This document shows, piece after piece, positions 40,337 through 53,566 of a stretch of 64,000 nt of DNA (positions are counted from its first letter, which is position 1; every line of letters starts with the position of its first letter). The notes beneath the pieces are model-generated. The model was not told the origin of the DNA, made no database searches, and saw only the letters and a list, made by a program, of their open reading frames with translations. Origin of the DNA: Octopus vulgaris. Its lineage: Eukaryota. A program made the position numbers and the translations under genes. Where the stretch lies: positions 105,214,001 to 105,278,000 of the forward strand of contig OX597815.1 of assembly GCA_951406725.2 (NCBI GenBank). The letters are read 5' to 3'.

Positions 40337-42281
40337 TTACTTGTAGTAGTACCTCGAAATATTAACCAAAATGATATTACTTGAAAATTAAAGGAAATTC
40401 TTTTCCTGTAAATGCATTTTTCTAAATACAATAGCAATTGGATCCACTATGGCGACCATAAAAATTTACCTAACCATAAACTTTATTAGTCAACAGTATT
40501 CATTACAGCCACCAGAAGCATTGTATTTATGAAAGAATCTGAATAATTGGCGATGGATCGTATTTTATCATTGGTCAGCTGGATCAGGACTGACCTGGAG
40601 CTACTTAATATTATAGTGAATTATAACTTAATTAACTTGTGCTATTTCGGACATTTGTGCAAAATGAGTGTGTTTATTTTTTTCTTTAACTGATTCAGTA
40701 CAAGAAGGAGTTTATCATGCCCAGTTTAAAAATCGAAACCAAATTAAAAACACCCAAGACATCTATGTATTAGCGGGCATAGCAAGCAGTTCTATGAGTT
40801 TTCTTTGTTTTTGTCTGATTTTTTGTTGTGGTTCTCATTTTCTTATGTATTCTACATCAGAGACGAAATTATGCATAAAAATGCCAAGAACATATCCCAA
40901 GCTGTGCAATAATCTGATTGAAGTTATAGTGTTGCAGTTGAAATTGAAAATATTTTCTGTAAATATAAATTGATTTCTTGTTTTCTAATATAGGCACAAG
41001 TCCACATATTTATAGGAGGAGTATTGCCAACTATATTGACCGAAAGGATGGAAGGCGAAGTTGAACTGGACAGGTTTTACTCTCAGAATAAAGGATCGGA
41101 ACTGAATACTGCACCAATCCATCTGACTTTATAAATAAAAAGTTATCAATTCAAACTGGTATCGATTTGATCTATGGCAAAAATGAAACGAAATCAGTTT
41201 CATGTAAAAAGGAATTTGAGTTTCAATTTTGAATATGGCAGTCCGTTTCTGAAGGGATTCCTACTATTTACTTCTATTTTCTCTGCATGTAATCCTATTT
41301 CTCTGATATTTCATTTTAGTCAAGCTAAATTTAATAGCTTCTTCTTTTGTAACTTGTAATACTAAACCACATACAGAAAAAAAGGGGAATCTTAAAAAGC
41401 AAAGCAAAAATGTTTGATTTTTTCTTCTATATGTGTAAGTTAAACATAATTGTTAAAATACTGATGCATAACTTGTTGGTATATAGATATATTGGATAAG
41501 GTGGGGGTAATGGTGATTGGATAATGGTAATGGTGATAGGACACAATAAAGAGAGCATGAGAAGGACCAAAATGTAAAACAAAGAACAAGAATATAAGAA
41601 ATCAGACGTGAAGGACAAATAGAGCAGAGGTATGAATTATTCTGTATGTAACATATAAGATATAAAATGTCGATTTTGTTTCACTATGAATCTATTGTTT
41701 CTGTGATTGTTGTTGGTGGTGGAGGTTCCTGTGGGAGATGTGGTGATGTATACTGTGGAATATATATGGATGTGGTGGGAGATGTAGTAGTTTCTGTGGG
41801 AGATGTGGTGGTTACTATGGGAGATGTGGTATTGGTCGTTATCGTGGTTTGGTGGGGTAGGAAGAAGAAAAGAAAAGGAAAGATGGCAAGAAAAAAAGAA
41901 AAAGAAAAACTGACAACCCGGAAAGAAGAATAGTTCAACGGGATAAAATAGAAAAAAAGAAAAGAGAGATCAGAAAATATGAAGAAAAAGAAGAGTAACG
42001 AAAATAGGAGAGAGTAAAAAAGAATACGAATGAAAAACTACGATCCCAAATATTGGGAATGGTAATAATCAAGTTTGAATAACACGTACATTGGTCAAGT
42101 TTGAAACGAACACATATTGGAAGTAGAAGAATAAATATGATTTATATCTATCGTAGTGTTCAGGCAGATCAATATGAAACTTTCAAATAAATCTATGTAA
42201 CATTTATGAATACATTTCTACTGTGAAATTCTGTATAAATCATTGTCTGAACTCTACCTCTCTGTCTCCTCCTCTCTCTCA

Positions 42282-42318
<37 letters not shown>

Positions 42319-43904
42319 TCTTTCTTTCCCACTTTCTCCTTTTTCTGTCTCTTTCTCTTTTTCTCTTTTCTCTTTAACACACACACAACTTCATACGCAC
42401 TCTTCCTCGGTTCATCTATGTGTTTATATTTATCTATCAATCTCTTACACACACGCATATTTAAACATATATTCATGTGTATGTGTTACGTGTGTTTGTG
42501 TATGAATTGCTCGCATTGGTTTTCCTTAAAAAATGTTTTCACACTTATTAGTAATACATGTAAATGTAAATATGCATATTAGTAGGTCGCCGAATACTTC
42601 TTTTGTTTATTGTGATTGATCATTTATCAGGTTGAGCATAGTGTTATCACTAAATCCACCATTTAATATAAATATATAGTTCTACTATAGAAACAGTATA
42701 GTTGAATTGCTAAAGAAGTCATCTTCTCAATCACAAGGTTCCAAATCTAACACACTGAGTGAAATCTTGGACAAGTGTGTGTTGCCGAACTCTTGGATCA
42801 ATCCGAGCCGAAAAAGAAATATTGATTTGAGAGAAACTACGTGGAAGCCTGTCGATTTGAACATGTAATTCAAAGGGCCAGGTTTGTCACGACTTATGTC
42901 ACACTGATCTGCCTTGAAGTGTCTCTATAAATACTCAGCGACCATGTGCACATACGTATGCATGTGTGTATGCGTGTGTGTGTGTGTGTGTGTGTGCGTG
43001 TTTGTGTGTGTGTGTGTGTGTGCGTGTGTGTGCGTGCGTGTGTGCGTGCGTGTGTGCGTGTGTGTGTGTGTGCTCGCTCGCGCGTGTGTGTATATACTTT
43101 TACAAAGCTAATGATTCCCTTCGTCTCTACTCTGTATCACACTTGATGCAGTCGCTGTAGCAACAGCCAGTGACTTTTCGTCATCTGAAGAACTAACAAA
43201 TAAATTTAAGAAATTCAGATTCGGTATAAACATTCAATCAAACTTAATTTATATGACGTAGAAATGATATCACATGTTTATATCACATGACGTAGAAATG
43301 ATATCACATGTTTATATTTGAAGAGTTGATTCAACCACGTATTTCAAAAAGACATCTGGCTAAGACTTTAAATATCAATTCAATCTAGCCTCACTATAAT
43401 ATTATGACAATTTACTAAAAGTCTAAATAAAAATAACAATAATTATCCTTTCTATTATAAGTGCAAGGCCTGAAATTTGCGAGACAAGCCAGTCGATTAC
43501 AACACCGCAGTACTTGACCCGAAAGGATGAAAGATAGAATTGACAATAATAAACAAGTAAAAGCGAAACTGCATACTAATCGATCCGTCATACCCGTTTG
43601 ATTCCAAGATTGTAAAGAAAGAAGAAGAAAAACAAAAAAAAGTATAAACCTTTAAATTTTCAAATTGCAAGAATATGAGGTTGTGCATTGGGAACTGTAA
43701 GTAAAGTTAAAGACAAATGTTTGAAGATTGGAGTAGAAAGTCATATAGAGCTTCTACAGAAAGTTTACTTCTTAGGGAGAGGAAAGATTATCAGGAGGGT
43801 CTAAAGCACTTGAAGATGGTGGATTCCTAAGGTTACAGATGGTAATCCGCTACCCAAATAAATTCTGCCAGGAAAAAGAACGAACCAGAGTGAAATCAAT
43901 CATA

Positions 43905-44033
43905 ATAATAATCCTTTCTATTATAGGCACAAAGCCTGGGGGAAGGGAGTAGTCTATTACATTGACCCCAGTGTTTCACTGGCACTTAATTTATCGACCC
44001 CGAAAGGATGAAAGGCAAAGTTGACGTCAGGGG
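43905..44033 (-). mobile_element. SINE family A, 3' part
   Basis: Core atcgaccccgaaaggatgaaaggcaaagt. Weaker copies at about 43440-43550 and 40985-41100. Confidence 0.8.
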
Positions 44034-44034
44034 A

Positions 44035-44187
<153 letters not shown>

Positions 44188-44189
<2 letters not shown>

Positions 44190-44475
44190 CTTACAATACA
44201 CTCCAAAAGATGTACTATCAGACAACAGACATCTGAACAAAAGAAAATGTAAGATCGCCTGCTTTAACCAGAATTTCTCTCAAAATGCATTGCCCAACAC
44301 CGCCTAAAATTTCGTTGCGTTAATCTGAAAATATTTCCTTTCGAAACAATACATCTAAAATACATTTAACAAAGTTAGATTCTATGCAGATCTACACAGA
44401 ATTAACAAACAAAGTTATTGCATTGTGCATCCATAGACACATGCCCAATCCAGCAGAAATTTGCTTTAGATAGCT
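44188..44475 (+). mobile_element. Penelope-like element remnant (RT-to-endonuclease linker)
   Basis: NKRKCKIACFNQNFSQNA resembles the PLE RKR.I.WFNP.FS.N motif. A downstream Cys cluster reads HCASIDTCPI. Confidence 0.5.
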
Positions 44476-45106
44476 ATCATCCAACTAATTAGATAGTAAA
44501 TACCCAACAGGACCATATGTCGAGAAGACGTCATAAGAAGAGTTGGTGGTGAAAGCAATTAAATGGACAATGGAGAAGCTCACAAATGCACGTCTTTCAT
44601 AAGTGTTGCAAAGAAAACTCTGTATCAAATTTCGAATGAATTTTGAATTATAAGATATTATTGACACAGTCATAACTTTGTAATTGCAACGATCAATGCC
44701 CATACTAACGACTAATTACTTTGAAAATAAGTTGATGAGTTTGAATAAATTCAGAAGAGGAAAGAGAACGTTTCGGGATAGAGAGGCATTCTTCTTTTTT
44801 TTTCATTTGAAAATGTATTTCATGTGAGATGTTTGACTTTATTTACTCCTCAACGCCGGACAGTTTCTATGATAAATGCTTGCCATTTTCTATTTTGCTT
44901 TCACCGCCGTTCGAAAACTCCACGGAACCAAGAAACAGTATCCAAATGTGGAAATGTGAATAACTTATTTTCGAAAAAGGAATTTTCCAGATGTGAATAG
45001 GAAACCGAGTTCTAGCACCACTAATAGTGGTATTTACGCGTATAGCTTAGATAATAAGATTAATACTAATAAACATATACACCACATGCATTTTTGTCGT
45101 TCGGCA

Positions 45107-45721
45107 AGAATGAAAGACATTAATTGGCTTATACTCCCATGTGCTATGCAAATAAAAACTGGCTTACCTACGCCAATATTTAGAATTATAATTAAATACT
45201 TCGATCAGAACAGCAGTTATTCGGAAATTATTAATAGTAGAATAATAAAGATAGGTTATTTTCACACGCATAACGTAGCTAGCATCCTTTCCACCCTAAG
45301 TAATTTTATTAGAAGAAGAAGAAAAAGAAGAAGAAGAAGAAGAAGAAGAAGAAGAAGAAGAAGAAGAAGAAGAATTAGAAGAGGAAGAAGAAGAAGAAGA
45401 AGAAGAAGAAGAAGAAGAAGAAGAAGAAGAAGAAGAAGAAGAAGAAGAAGAAGAAGAAGAAGAAAGATAGGTTATTTTCTCACGCATAACGTAGCTAGCT
45501 TCCTTTCCACCCTAAGTAATTTTATTACTTACGGTGGAAAGGATGCTAGCTACGTTATGCGTGTGAAAATAACCTATCTTTATTATTCTACTATTAATAA
45601 TTTCCGAATAACTGCTGTTCTGATCGAAGTATTTAATTATAATTCTAAATATTGTCGTAGCTAAGTCAGTTTTTATTTGCATAGCATATGGGAGTATAAG
45701 CCAATTAATGTATTTCATTCT
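45107..45721. repeat. Inverted repeat with about 198-bp arms enclosing (GAA)n and a 58-bp direct duplication
   Basis: 45107-45304 is the reverse complement of 45524-45721 with few mismatches. 45463-45520 repeats the end of the left arm. Confidence 0.93.
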
Positions 45722-46374
45722 GTAGAAATAATGATAATGCGCCCTTGTAAATACTTGTGAGAGAAAGGATGTAATTTACCAGTGCTCAGTCACAACACAT
45801 TTTAGTAAAAAGATATACACAGGAGCTACCCAAAATGAAATGAAACGAAGACTATCCGCACAACAACGCACTTTCAGAAACAGAAATAAGATTAACTCGA
45901 CCGGATTAAGTAAATATATTTGGGAGCTTAAAGATAGAGATATTAAATTCGTTTTAGAATGGAAATTCCTCGCCTCCGCACCTTCGTACAAAGTAAGAAA
46001 TAAGAAATGCCATCTGTGCATCAATGAAAAATTTTTCATAGCGGTACAGCACCCATTACTTAACTTGGGGGAAGAGAGAAACTAGCTCGCCTGCACACGG
46101 GTAAGTTTATCTTCACTAAATATAAATAACATTAGAGACCATTTGCATCATCCTCATAAATAGCACCCAGAGATCTTCACCACATAGATAGTAGATTTCG
46201 ATACTAAATGAGGGCATGTATTAACTTCCAAATTAAAGCTAGTTTAATAGTTTTACAAACCTAGGTCCCTTATAGGTAATCCAGGATTAATATCCCTACA
46301 ACATTATATCCGAGTTTAAATTCCATCTCCCGTACATAGTATCTAAATACATAATATATTTATTAATTTATTAA

Positions 46375-46604
46375 GGCGGCGAGCTGGCAGAAACGTTAGC
46401 ACGCCGGGCGAAATGCGTAGCCGTATTTCGTCTGTCGTTACGTTCCGAGTTCAAATTCCGCCGAGGTCGACTTTGCCTTTCATCCTTTCGGGGTCGACAA
46501 ATTAAGAACCAGTTGCGTACTGGGGTCGATGTAATTGACTTAACCCGTTTGTCTGTCCTTGTTTGTCCCCTCTGTGTTTAGCCCCTTGTGGGTAGTTAAG
46601 AAAT
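46375..46604 (+). mobile_element. tRNA-derived SINE, family A, young full-length copy
   Basis: Complete head to tail. 15-bp flanking direct repeat aatatatttattaat at 46353-46367 and 46606-46620. Confidence 0.93.
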
Positions 46605-47040
46605 CAATATATTTATTAATCTATCTCTCTTTAATATAACCTTCTCCCCCCCTTTAATAATGCCAGTTCTTTCAACTATGAAGCTAAGTTAGAGTACAGA
46701 GGACACAAATACTCAATCCCCCACAATTACACGCAGAAGACTTAGATACTTCATTATATAAATGTATATACACATATTATTATTGTATGTTGTGATGACA
46801 AGAGACTATATTGGACACCAAAGGATTTCAATTGGTATTTATTTGAGATATAATGAAGTGAATTTCGATGGTTGTGGATTGCACTTACATGATTGTATCG
46901 TCCGTTAAAGTGTTTTTGTTGTTTTTTAATTGTAATTGATGTAAGACTGAATAGTCAACGCTCACGCTCATACCACAGATTTTATAATTAATTTTTGCAA
47001 TCCAGACGTCCTTTCAGACTGGATTTTGTCTTTCTGAAAC

Positions 47041-47129
47041 AAGGACCCTGAAGTCATTTATATATAATGGAACTGTGATTATGCATATCAGGAAAAATAT
47101 ATATAAGTCGAAACAAGTTGTTGGTCTTT
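47041..47129 (+). ncRNA. Decayed type I hammerhead with long stem II
   Basis: AAGGACC-CUGAAGu...uuauaua...uauauaaguc-GAAAC-aaguu-GUU^GGUCUUU. Stem I is 7 bp. Confidence 0.6.
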
Positions 47130-47362
47130 TACAGTTTTTTTATAATTATTTATATAATATTACGTTATGTTATGTTATGTATTCATAGTATTTAATGTAA
47201 TATTGGAATATAAATAAATTATTGGATTGTTAATAAAAAATCTCTATATTTAATTCATCTTTATTGTTAAATTATACCAATAATTATATGGTATCCAACT
47301 GAAGTACCAGTGAATTGGATGTTTAACAGACCCCTATGAAAGATTTCTTTTCCACAGTTTGT

Positions 47363-47403
<41 letters not shown>

Positions 47404-47499
47404 TGTATGTATGTATATATGTGAATATATATATATAATATATATGTATGGATATATATATGTGTATTTGTATCAATATATACATATGTATATATATGA

Positions 47500-47538
<39 letters not shown>

Positions 47539-47974
47539 TGAATACCTTAACAAAATAAAATAAAATAAATTAAATACAAAAAGAGAAATGAAGAAAAAGT
47601 TAATATAAATAAACAAATGAACAAAATAAAAGCAAATTAAACGAACTTGTATAAGCAATGGGTTACTGATAATACAGACATATCCCCACACATGCACACT
47701 TACTAAATATAGACGCACACAGGGATATACGCATGCGCAAATAAAGACACATACACTAGGAATACAAAATGGCTGATCATTAGTAAGGAAATACACAAAA
47801 AAGAAAGACGAAAGTAAAGGACCACTGATTAGGTCACAGAAGTGTGACGAAAGAACTCTGGCCGAAATACGATTAATATAAAATAAAGCTGAAACAAGTG
47901 AACACCAAATATATACAGTGCATGTGTTTTTATTGGCTAAACTAGAAACATAACCATCACCAAATACAACAATA

Positions 47975-48033
<59 letters not shown>

Positions 48034-48100
48034 ATATGTATATGTATGAATATATATATATACGTATATATATATACATACATATATATATATATGTATG

Positions 48101-48133
<33 letters not shown>

Positions 48134-48140
48134 GTATATA

Positions 48141-48216
<76 letters not shown>

Positions 48217-49701
48217 ATGTATATGTATGAATATATGTAAAATGAATTCATCCGATCCTATGCCCTTAACAGACCGACCTCACATTGACACTCTTGATAT
48301 CATCATGGAAACGAAACAAAAACCAGAAGTCTCTTTGATCCAATAGTTCCTCAAAAGAATGGACCCCCACCTCTGTGACTGACCAGGCTAATAAGGATAG
48401 AGAAGCGAAGGAAGCAGCAATCAGAAGCCTCTCCGTGCCAGTGGTCCTACAAAGAAACGGAGTTCTCACACTATTGGACAACCAGATGAATGCAAATGCT
48501 ACCACAGTAAAAGGTAAGAACACTAGTACAAACATAAAGAAGGAAGTGGAGAAAAATGAAAAAGGAAAATGAAATAACTAAAACCTAAAACCCAAACCAC
48601 CAAACAAAAAACAGAAAGCGCAAATATGGAGGATTCAATGGAATCAGAACACAAGGTCAACACAAAAAGGAACAAGATTCCAAGGGAGAGGAAAATCATT
48701 AGGAAACGACGGACGATGGTTTCAAATTCCCCTAACAAACATTCCAAAAGTAGTGAAAGGTCCCGCCTAAAAACAATACTGATCGGGTTTGAAAATACCC
48801 ATCTGTATTTTCTGTATTGTAATAGTTGAAATAATTACATTTGGTCAAAAATGTCAGCTATAAACATATCTTATGTACATATAAAAATATAATTTTCATA
48901 CAGTGTGAAATGGATAATAATTTTCAAACTGTAAAAGCCAGTAACTTTCATTTGAAAAAAATTCCAGCAATGGCAAATTGTGCTTTATTTAAGTAGAGAA
49001 ATACGTAAGATGTTTCTGTATTGTGTATTATTACAGGAGGTAAAGTTAAAGAGTTAATCACTCCGTGAATAATTCTCCTGAAGTAAACCTGTCATCTTAT
49101 ATTAGTACGAACTAATATATAAATTCTTCTACAGAATTTATATAACCGTGTGTGTTGTGTGTGTGTTTGTGTGTGTGTGTATGTGTGTGTGCGTGTGTCT
49201 TTATGTACGTGTACGTATTATGTAAGCATATTTAGCATTTTTATAGATGGCTGTATTGTGTGTGGAAGTGTGTGCGATTACCTGCAGTTACCCTCGCACG
49301 CATGCACCCCTCACACACGCACACGCAGGCACATACACACGCATTCGAGACGTAATATTTGAGGATTCCACCTCGTATATGTCTTACAAAATTACGTGGC
49401 ATAATTCATGGAGCGTGAACACATCTGTCTTTGTTTCATGCAGAACGAACCTCTATGTAGCCGCGTAGATAACTGGAAATAGCAAACAAATCTCCCTCAA
49501 ATTGTATCATACCTTCTTCACAAGGATACACAGAGGAATGTGGTCCTGTGTCCCCTTAACATAGAATCGTGTCACAGCTAAAATATCTTTATAAATCTCC
49601 TCGATGCGTATTGATCTGGGCAAAAATAACAACTTGTTTTCAATGTTATTTATCATTATCGTCATCATCAGTATTTTATCGTTACTATTATAGTCACCTT
49701 G

Positions 49702-49955
49702 TGGAAGCGCAATAGCCCAGTGGTTAGGGCAGCGGACTCGCGGTCGTAGGATCGCGGTTTCGATTCCCAGACTGGGCATTGTGAGTGTTTATTGAGCGGA
49801 AACACCTAAAGCTCCACGAGGATCCGGCAGGGGTGGTGATGAACCCTGCTGTACTCTTTCACCACAACATTCTTTCACTCTTCCTTCCAGTTTCTGTTGT
49901 ACTTGTATTTCAAAGAGCCAGCATTGTCACTCTGTGTCATGCTGAATCTACCCGA
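49702..49955 (+). mobile_element. tRNA-derived SINE, family D
   Basis: tRNA-like head agcgcaatagcccagtggttagggcagcggactcgcggtcgtaggatcgcggtttcgattccc followed by a non-tRNA body. Confidence 0.8.
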
Positions 49956-49989
49956 TATTTACATCCTTTTATATTTAGCTTTGTGTGTG

Positions 49990-50650
49990 TGCTTCGAGAT
50001 ATTAAAAAAACGTACATAGCTAGGGGCTTCCTGTGGTTGCTTAAGAAGCATTTCCTCGCACACTATAAGTACTGCAAGCTCTTAAACCCACCCTCAACGT
50101 CAAGGTGAGCTACTCTTGCTTAGACAATATCGCATCCGACATCGCACGCTTCAACAGACACAAACATGCATCTGCACAGCCCCAACTTCAATTTGAAAAT
50201 GTCGAAACCCTACCAGCTCCCTTTGAAGGATCCTGCTTCTCAGAGGCCATAGTCTACAGATCCACTCCTTCACCATCCGATGGTATCATAAGGCACTACA
50301 CAGGTATGACAGTTAATGATTTCAGGGGAAGATATACGCAGCACATGCATTCGTTCGATTCCTCTGGAGATTCCGTGACCTCTGCAGTGAAATACCTGGC
50401 ATCAAATGGACCATCGTCGACATGGGGCCACCTTATTCACCCGGCGCCTGTAATTGCCAGGCCAGCCTCCGCGAAAGACTACACAAACTCTACCAACCTG
50501 CAGTACCCATCAGCAAGAAATACGAACTGTCCTACTGTTGTCACCAGAGGTATGCCCTTCTGGTTAACGTCAAAACACTGGCCGCCGACAATCCCGGACA
50601 TATTACCTTAGCATCAGCTGCTCCCATGCCATGGCTGAACCAAGTCTGTG
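49990..50650 (+). mobile_element. Penelope-like element remnant (GIY-YIG)
   Basis: VKVSYSCLDNIASDI..FN; G.CF.EAIVY; HYTGMTVNDFRGRYTQH..SF; PYSPGACNC..L.E. Confidence 0.8.
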
Positions 50651-50744
50651 AACACATACACACACACACAAGCATCTACGTGTACGCACACCCCTCACAC
50701 ACCCGAATACATTTTCGCACATATATACACGGCGTGCACACACA

Positions 50745-50815
<71 letters not shown>

Positions 50816-50819
50816 AATA

Positions 50820-51700
50820 TAAGACAAGGTAGAAAATGCTAAAATAATTATATCATGAAGAACATTTTAGGACCGGTTTCAGATTTTGCGACTTTTTCCA
50901 CTTAGAGTAAAGCACGAAAAACAATGAAATTGTGGAAAAATTAAATTAAATGTTTTTTAAAATATTTCCATGGTTTTAAAATGCAAGGGACATTTTCTTT
51001 TTTTCTGTCTCTGTCTCTTTTTTTTTTTACTCTTATGAGTTCTAAGTAGTTGATAGGAGCTAGTAGTAGTTTGATACGAATTCTTGTTTTTGATTGTTTA
51101 AGCAGTAGTAGTTGAGAAAGGAGGCGAAGAAGAAGAAGAAGAAGAAGAAGAAGAAGAAGAAGAAGAAGAAGAAGAAGAAGAAGAAGAAGAAGAAGAAGAA
51201 GAAGAAGAAGAAGAAGGGGAAGAGGAGGAGGAGAATGAGAACAACAACAATGCGGGAGTGGTATGACAGTAGCAGGATGTTGGTGGAATCCTTTTAAATG
51301 GTCAAATGACATAAAAGGGACCCGTTGTGGTTGTAATAGTAGTGATTGGAATCGTTCTGAATAAATCCATGTGAAGTGCCTGTTCTGAATATATCATTTT
51401 TAATATTTGTGTGGGTATTATTCTAAGGCCCTTGTAATAGTGTCATTTGTGGTGGATACATTCCAAATGGGTTTGTATTTTGTGATAATGAATGACTCTT
51501 TATTAATGCGCTGACTACAGGTTGCATTGTCCCAGAATTGATAGAGGGGGGAAATTCTGAAGCACGTTTGTTTGTTATTGGCGCAAATGTCGATGTGTTT
51601 GCTGAATGCTATTTTTCTGTATTACCGAATTTTGATCTGGGATCTATGCAGAGCTATCCTTTGACGTAGACCGTTTTTGGTCTGGTATTTATCAAAAAAA
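50820..51700 (-). mobile_element. Penelope-like element 3' end (GIY-YIG C-terminal half plus UTR with hammerhead relic GAAACCGGTC at 50871-50880)
   Basis: Minus strand QTKNGLRQRIALHRSQI...FSKHIDIC...RINKESFIITKYKP. Contains a (GAA)n insertion. Confidence 0.65.
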
Positions 51701-51759
51701 TGTTATGAGGATAAAAATAACCTTCTTTTCTGTAATGCTAATCAATAAAGCCACCTTTA

Positions 51760-52130
51760 TTGTCCTTCATTTCTGACAACCTCTAAAACCTTGACAGTTG
51801 CCGGAAAGTTTGCATGCATAACACATGGAACTTCAGAAGGGTCTGCACATAACCATATGTCATTTCTTCTGTTAACTTTGTGATCTTGGTCGAAGTTTTT
51901 CTCGTTTGAGAAAAAACAAATTAAAACTTCTGCCGGAGCCTTTTAGATCTCATTTAGTAATTTTATTTTGCTTTTTCTGACAAACTGACCTTTCCTCATC
52001 ATATAAGACATATCCGATGTCTTCGTGGACAACAATTCTGAGTGTTCTTTTTGACACATGGAGATCTTTTGCAACTGACCTCATGAACTTTCTGGCATTG
52101 TAATCAATGATCTCTTGAACTTGGATAAAT
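51760..52130 (-). mobile_element. Tc1/mariner-superfamily transposase fragment
   Basis: MRSVAKDLHVSKRTLRIVVHEDI (HTH) and FFSNEKNFDQDHKVNRRND.WL (first-D motif, FSDEK-like). Confidence 0.75.
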
Positions 52131-52490
52131 TATAGCCACAATAACAGCATATGTATACATTTATGTATGTGTGTGCGTGTTTGCCCCTCCCCCACCGCCA
52201 TCACTTGATAACATATGCTGGTGTGTTTATGTACCCGTAACAGTATTTAGGCACTGATTTTTCATTAATTTATAAATGCACATTTTTAAACGTAATTGTA
52301 TTTCAACTTTTATTTCTAGTTTACATTTTCCATTACTTATGTTCGAACTTCATTCATGTTGTATGACTCACCGGCATTCTTCCTACAGGTATGTCATATG
52401 TATGCTCACACATACACACTGTAGTAAAATATGACATAATGATATCAAACCTATATAGAACATACTACCTTAAATATTGCGTGTTCTCAT

Positions 52491-52540
<50 letters not shown>

Positions 52541-52613
52541 TTTTTTTACTCTTTCTACTTGTTTCAGTCATTTGACTGCGGCCATGCTGGAGCACCACCT
52601 TTTAATCGAGCAA

Positions 52614-53566
52614 CTATTTGTGGTTTCCTGTACTCATATATATATATACATATATATGCATGTATATATACATGTCGATGTAGGTACGTACATATATGTA
52701 TGTATGCATATATTTTATTTATTAAATTATTGTATGACTGAGCCCCCTCGCGTCGTTTCGTTTCTTTTCTTTTCATCAAGTAAGTTTTTATATATAATTA
52801 TGACGCGAAACTCTGTAACCCTTTACTTGACCTTCCCTTCCTTCCTGTCTGTATTCCACTTTGCCTGTCTCTCTCCTTCTTATTTTCACCCTTTCTGGTT
52901 TCCTTTCCTCTCTATCTCTCTCTCTCTCTCACTGCCGAGTCTACCAAATTCCTTTCGCTGGCGGCCTTCTACAAGTCAACACGACTTTTTTCTTGCGCTC
53001 TGAATTTTTCCATCGTCTAGGCTTAAAAAAGGCCCTCAATGTTGGTTTCTTTGTCCTGTTTTTATTCTTTATGTGTACTGTATTTTTTTTGTATTTGTAT
53101 TTTTATTTGTATTTTTATTTGTATTGCTTTTACATCCTGTTCTTGTCACATTTTTTTCTTTCCTTGTTTTTACCCATCTGCAAAGGAATTTTATTTAATT
53201 CTTTTGCAGGAAGGACTTGTTCGGCGGGTCGTGTTCTGTCCTTACCTTCGAAACACGCATGGAGTCGAACCAGGGACAGCTGATGAAGGGGAATATTCCT
53301 TGTATTGTTTGTCTTGTAGTCTGTTTTTTCGTTGTTAAAAAAAGTCCGTTTCCATGTTTGTTTTTATGTTTTCGTTTCTCGTTGAGTTCTACGTCTATTT
53401 GTGGTGTCCTGTACTCATATATATATACATATATATGCATGTATATATACATGTAGATGTAGGTACGTACATATATGTATGTATATATGCATATATGTTA
53501 TTTATTAAATTATTGTATGACTGAGCGCCCTCGCGTCGTTTCGTTTCTTTTCTTTTCTCCAAGTAA

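Larger units (their letters stand above)
45721..47270 (+). mobile_element. 5'-truncated Penelope-like element (GIY-YIG, 3' UTR, hammerhead)
   Basis: KDVIYQCSVT...KIYTGATQNEMKRRL..Q..TF....NSTGLSKYIWELK.....WK.LA....Y......CHLCINEK. Hammerhead relic at 47041-47129. Confidence 0.85.

Noticed and set aside
44993-45664. 223-aa poly-Arg (protamine-like) ORF
   Set aside because: It arises from (GAA)n inside an inverted repeat and shows no coding signature.
47293-47345. atccaa-CTGAAGt...ttggat...GAAA as a permuted hammerhead
   Set aside because: There is no UH before ttggat and no stem II or III pairing. Only a simple hairpin is supported.
49702-49775. Functional tRNA gene
   Set aside because: The acceptor stem is incomplete and the sequence continues into a SINE body.
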